NCBI GenBank assembly: GCA_028282585.1
Contig: JANQHR010000112.1
Location: forward strand, 1-11,718
DNA: 11,718 nt
Direction: 5' to 3'
Origin: Bacteroidales bacterium
GTDB taxonomy: Bacteria > Bacteroidota > Bacteroidia > Bacteroidales > UBA12077
How positions within the stretch are numbered: the first letter of the stretch is position 1; the number at the start of each line of letters is the position of its first letter. The translations under genes and the position numbers were made by a program. Positions 7,745 through 11,718 of the stretch are shown here, one piece after another. A model generated the notes under the pieces. That model was given only the letters and a program-made list of their open reading frames with translations. It was not told where the DNA came from and did not search any database.

Positions 7745-9616
7745 ATGATTATGAAAAAACTTTTCTTTTTAACAACAATTCTTGTTATTACATCCCAATT
7801 AATTACGGCAAAAGCCCCGATAAAATTTGGAAAAATTGATATTGCAGAACTTGAAATGACCAGTTACGAACACGATACAAGTGCAGCAGCAGTAGTACTA
7901 TGTAAATATGGATATTTCAGTGGTAATAGTTACACTTATACAGAAATAACACGAGTAAAGATCTTAAAAAAATCAGGTGTATCATTATCTGAGTTTACTT
8001 TTCCGGGCAAAGAAAGTATGACTGTTAAAGGTATTGTTTACAATCTTGAAAATGGGGAAGTTATTAAAGAAAAACTTAAAAGAGAGTCCATTTTTAAGTT
8101 AAAAATTACTGATGATGTTTACAGAATAAGAATTGCTTTACCAAATGTAAAAGTCGGTAGTGTTTATGAAATTCAAACCACCCAAACTCTTTTACCAGTG
8201 GAATTTGCTTTTCAAAGAGAAATTCCTATTAAGTATTGTGAGCTAGTTTTAGAAAAATCGGAATATTTAGACTATCGAAAAAGATTTAAAGGTTTTGAGC
8301 TCATTAGTTCTGATGGGAATAGATTCTATGTTGAAAATATGCCTGCATTTAAATCAGAACCTTTTATTGATTCTAAAGAAAATTACTTATCTAAATTCGA
8401 ATTTGATATTCTTAACGTTAGTATTCCCGAACAACTCTATTATAAAAGTTATACAACTTCATGGGAATCAGTAAATAAACGGTTAAGGTCTTATAAGGAT
8501 TTTGGAGGTGTATTAACCACTGGTTCTCTTTATTTATCAGATATTAAAAAAGATATTGAGCAAAAATATTCTGATCCTTACGATAAATTAAAAGCTGCTT
8601 ATGAAGCAATCAAACAAGTAAAATGGAATGGGATTGAGTCTTTGTATTCATCTTCAACTCACCTGGTAGGTGTTTTTAAAGATAAAAAAGCTAATTCTGC
8701 AGAAATTAATATGATGCTATATCAGCTTCTACAAAAACTTGACATTTACTCTTTGCCCGTAGCAATAAGCACAAGGGACGAAGGGCGATTAGACCCTGTT
8801 TATCCAAGTTTAGAGAGGTTAAATTATATGTTTATATGGGCTAAAATAGACGATAAAGAATATCTCTTAGATGCAACCGAAGAAATGCTGCCTTTGGGTA
8901 TGTTACCTAAAAGGTGTTTAAATCAATCAGGCAGGTTAGTAAATAACGAAAGTGGAAAATGGATTGATCTTAGAACAGACAAAAAAGATAAGGTAAACAT
9001 AATGTATAACTTAACAATTACTGATGAATTAGAGGCTGAGGGAACTATGGAGTGCTCTAGGTTCGATTATGCTGCATTTAACTTTAGAAAAAAATACAAA
9101 GATTATGCAAGTGAAGAGGAGTATTTAACAGATCTGGAGTTTGAAAATGCAGGTTTAAGGGTAAAATCTTTTTCATTATCTGATTTAGATTCAATATACA
9201 AACCCATTAAAGAAAAGTATGAAATTAAGGTTGCAAACTTTGCACAAGAGACTGGTGATCTAATTATGATCAATCCTTTCGTCTTTAGTAAAGAAAATAA
9301 TAATCCGTTCAAATTAGAGGAAAGAAAGTACCCTATTGATTTTGCATATAAAAAGGAGAAATTAATTATATCAAATATTGTTATCCCAGAAGGGTACACA
9401 TTTAATACTATACCAAAACCAGCAAGAATCTCGCTACCCGAAAAAGCCGGATCTATTTTAATTAATTATTCAGCTAATGGCAACAGTTTAAATGTAATAT
9501 ACAAGTTCATATTAAATAAGGATAGATTTAGTATCGAAGAGTATCCATATCTAAAACAACTTTATGCATTGGTTATCGAGAAACATTCAGAGCCAGTAAT
9601 TATTAAAAAGTTGTAA
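7745..9616 (+). CDS. Exported DUF3857 / transglutaminase-like protein, degenerate catalytic site
   Basis: Signal peptide; DUF3857-like N-terminus (DTSAAAVVL, RVKILKKSG, LPNVKVGSVYE); triad-equivalent motifs ANSAEIN / LNYMF / LLDAT; C-terminal ERKYPIDF region. Start may be 7751. Confidence 0.8.
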   Translation: MIMKKLFFLTTILVITSQLITAKAPIKFGKIDIAELEMTSYEHDTSAAAVVLCKYGYFSGNSYTYTEITRVKILKKSGVSLSEFTFPGKESMTVKGIVYNLENGEVIKEKLKRESIFKLKITDDVYRIRIALPNVKVGSVYEIQTTQTLLPVEFAFQREIPIKYCELVLEKSEYLDYRKRFKGFELISSDGNRFYVENMPAFKSEPFIDSKENYLSKFEFDILNVSIPEQLYYKSYTTSWESVNKRLRSYKDFGGVLTTGSLYLSDIKKDIEQKYSDPYDKLKAAYEAIKQVKWNGIESLYSSSTHLVGVFKDKKANSAEINMMLYQLLQKLDIYSLPVAISTRDEGRLDPVYPSLERLNYMFIWAKIDDKEYLLDATEEMLPLGMLPKRCLNQSGRLVNNESGKWIDLRTDKKDKVNIMYNLTITDELEAEGTMECSRFDYAAFNFRKKYKDYASEEEYLTDLEFENAGLRVKSFSLSDLDSIYKPIKEKYEIKVANFAQETGDLIMINPFVFSKENNNPFKLEERKYPIDFAYKKEKLIISNIVIPEGYTFNTIPKPARISLPEKAGSILINYSANGNSLNVIYKFILNKDRFSIEEYPYLKQLYALVIEKHSEPVIIKKL

Positions 9617-9617
9617 A

Positions 9618-11528
9618 ATGAAATCAGGTTACTTTATATTATTTATAACATTATTTTACGGAAATATTTCTTTTGCGAAGAAAACTCCCAAGTACCCTGT
9701 TGAAGATATTCCAACTGAACTCCTTATAGCTGCAGATGCTGTAGTAAGAGAAAAAAGTACTGTGCTTGAAGTAATTTCAGAAAATAGAATAGAATGCCGT
9801 GAAAAGTACGTAATAACAATATTAAAAGAAAGTGGTAAAGAAAAAGCCTTTTTTGAAGAGTATTACGATAAACTAAGCAGTATAAGCAATATTTCAGCTA
9901 CAGTATACAACAAAGATGGAAAGAAAATAAAAGTAATTAGATCTGATGATATTATTGATTTAACTGCAGTATCTGGTTTCTCCCTATATGATGATTCAAG
10001 AAAAAAAATTATAGATCCAAAATATGCTATATATCCTTATACTGTTGAATACACATTTGACAAAAGATATAATTCTGCATATTATCTTCATGGTTGGAGT
10101 GCTTTTTTGGGTTACAATACTTCCGTCGAAAAGCTATCTTTTAAGATTATCAGTCCAGCAAGTTATAATTTTTATTATAAAGAATTTAACTTGAACGAAA
10201 AAGCTGCAGAACAACAAGTTGATCAGAAAAAAGTATTATCATGGGAATTTAAAGGATTTAAAGCATTACAGTACGAACCTTTAAGCGACTATCTGCATAA
10301 ATGGGTACCTTTAGTGAACATAGCTCCAGACAAATTTAATTTAGATGGCTATGCAGGCAGTTTAAAGTCCTGGAAAGAATTTGGCAAATTCTTTGCTAGT
10401 TTAAATAGTGGAAAGGATAATATTCCGCAAGAAACAATCGATTATGTTGGAACACTTCTTAATGAAGAAATGACCGATTATGACAAAATAGCTACTATTT
10501 ATAAATTCTCGCAAGATAAAAACAGATATGTTAGTATTCAAGAAGGTATCGGTGGACAACAACCCTTTGATGCAAAAACAGTTGATAGATTGTCATATGG
10601 TGATTGCAAAGCACTATCAAACTATGTTGTAACCCTTCTAAAGAAATTTGGTTTTGAAGCATATTATACCCTGGTATACTCAGGAGATTATATTTATACA
10701 GACAAGGAGTTTGTTAAGGATTATTTTAATCATGTAATTGCTTGTGTACCTATAAATAATAACGATACCATTTGGTTAGAATGTACCAATTCTTACTATC
10801 CCTGTGGTTACCTAGGAAGTTCTACAGATAACAGAAATGTTCTTTTAATTAAAGAAGACGGTGGGGAATTGGCTAAAACACCTTCATACTCACTTATTGA
10901 TAATAAGCAGAATTCAAATGGAGAAGCAACTATTTCTCAGGATGGTTTAGTTGATATTGATATAAATATTACTTATTGTGGAACCATGTATTCAGATCAG
11001 TATGGTTTATTGTTATTGGATGAAATAGACAAAAAGAAAAAAATTATACAATCTATTGATATACCAGATTTCAATCTTTTAAACTATAAAATTACTACTA
11101 ACAACGACCGTAAGCCATCATTAAATAAGGAATTATCTATTTCTGTTACCCACTTTGCAAGCAAAATGGGCGACCGAATGTTTTTTGATTTAAATATGAT
11201 GAACCAATCGAGTTTTACTCTTCCTTACTCGCGTAATAGAATCTCTCCAGTACTTATATTTAGACCTTTTAGTGAAGTTGATTCCATAGTTTATTCTTTG
11301 CCACAGGGATATAAGATGGAAGCTTTACCTAAACCAATTGAGTTAAAATCAGAGTTTGGTGAGTACAGTAGTCAGGCTAAATCAGAGGACAACAAGATCT
11401 ATTATGAGCGCTCAGTTAAAATTTGGAATGGGCAATATCCGAAAGAAAAATACAATGAATTTGTTGAATTTCTAGAAAAGATTGCTAAGCATGATGAAGC
11501 TAAAGCAGTATTGATAAAAGAAATCTAA
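9618..11528 (+). CDS. Exported DUF3857 / transglutaminase-like protein with an intact Cys-His-acid triad
   Basis: Signal peptide; RYVSIQEGIGG, YGDCKALSNY, FNHVI and WLECT motifs; 1-nt gap after the upstream paralogue. Confidence 0.85.
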   Translation: MKSGYFILFITLFYGNISFAKKTPKYPVEDIPTELLIAADAVVREKSTVLEVISENRIECREKYVITILKESGKEKAFFEEYYDKLSSISNISATVYNKDGKKIKVIRSDDIIDLTAVSGFSLYDDSRKKIIDPKYAIYPYTVEYTFDKRYNSAYYLHGWSAFLGYNTSVEKLSFKIISPASYNFYYKEFNLNEKAAEQQVDQKKVLSWEFKGFKALQYEPLSDYLHKWVPLVNIAPDKFNLDGYAGSLKSWKEFGKFFASLNSGKDNIPQETIDYVGTLLNEEMTDYDKIATIYKFSQDKNRYVSIQEGIGGQQPFDAKTVDRLSYGDCKALSNYVVTLLKKFGFEAYYTLVYSGDYIYTDKEFVKDYFNHVIACVPINNNDTIWLECTNSYYPCGYLGSSTDNRNVLLIKEDGGELAKTPSYSLIDNKQNSNGEATISQDGLVDIDINITYCGTMYSDQYGLLLLDEIDKKKKIIQSIDIPDFNLLNYKITTNNDRKPSLNKELSISVTHFASKMGDRMFFDLNMMNQSSFTLPYSRNRISPVLIFRPFSEVDSIVYSLPQGYKMEALPKPIELKSEFGEYSSQAKSEDNKIYYERSVKIWNGQYPKEKYNEFVEFLEKIAKHDEAKAVLIKEI

Positions 11529-11550
11529 GAATTATGAAATAACATGATAG

Positions 11551-11585
11551 GCTGTTGCATTACTAAAATTTGCAACAGCTTTTTT
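11551..11585 (+). terminator. Intrinsic terminator of the DUF3857 operon
   Basis: GCTGTTGCA-N11-TGCAACAGC-TTTTTT. Confidence 0.8.
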
Positions 11586-11589
11586 GTAT

Positions 11590-11618
11590 AAAGAAGGAGG
11601 TACTAAAAGCACCTCCTT
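11590..11618 (-). terminator. Probable terminator of the second gdh gene
   Basis: Minus strand AAGGAGGTGCT-TTT-AGTACCTCCTT-CTTT, about 40 nt after the gdh stop. Confidence 0.7.
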
Positions 11619-11619
11619 A

Positions 11620-11643
11620 CATAAATTACAAACTAAAAAACTA
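11620..11643. repeat. 24-bp inverted copy of the gdhA leader segment, in the 3' UTR of the second gdh
   Basis: CATAAATTACAAACTAAAAAACTA; on the minus-strand transcript it reads UAGUUUUUUAGUUUGUAAUUUAUG, directly before the terminator stem. Confidence 0.9.
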
Positions 11644-11659
11644 CAAGTTATATAATGAA

Positions 11660-11718
11660 TTAAATAACTCCTTGATCTAGCATTGCATTAGCTACTTTTA
11701 AGAAACCTGCAATGTTTG
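11660..11718 (-). CDS. gdh: Second glutamate dehydrogenase paralogue, C-terminal fragment
   Basis: Manual translation ...(A)NIAGFLKVANAMLDQGVI* aligns with the gdhA C-terminus ANIGGFVKVAEAMLAQGAV*. Confidence 0.88.
   Translation of the reverse strand, partial: NIAGFLKVANAMLDQGVI

Noticed and set aside
9103-9399. 98-aa - strand ORF
   Set aside because: Antisense shadow of the first DUF3857 gene.

Overview
AT-rich chromosomal region, most likely from a Bacteroidota bacterium (TAnnTTTG promoter boxes, SD-less A-rich leaders, DUF3857 gene pair). From left to right: the left end of an IS3-family-like insertion sequence (IR plus the first 20 codons of orfA); a minus-strand cluster tatD-ansA-tRNA-Ser(GGA)-exbB-4TM hypothetical-exbD-exbD; an NADP-type glutamate dehydrogenase (gdhA); dprA; a divergent pair of DUF3857/transglutaminase-like genes, one apparently catalytically dead; and the 3' end of a second glutamate dehydrogenase paralogue that the ORF track missed. 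The most striking observation is that 24 nt of the second gdh's 3' UTR (11620-11643) are the exact reverse complement of the gdhA leader (6187-6210, -33 to -10 from the ATG). This suggests paralogue-to-paralogue antisense control by a 3'UTR-derived RNA or, less likely, the ends of an invertible segment.
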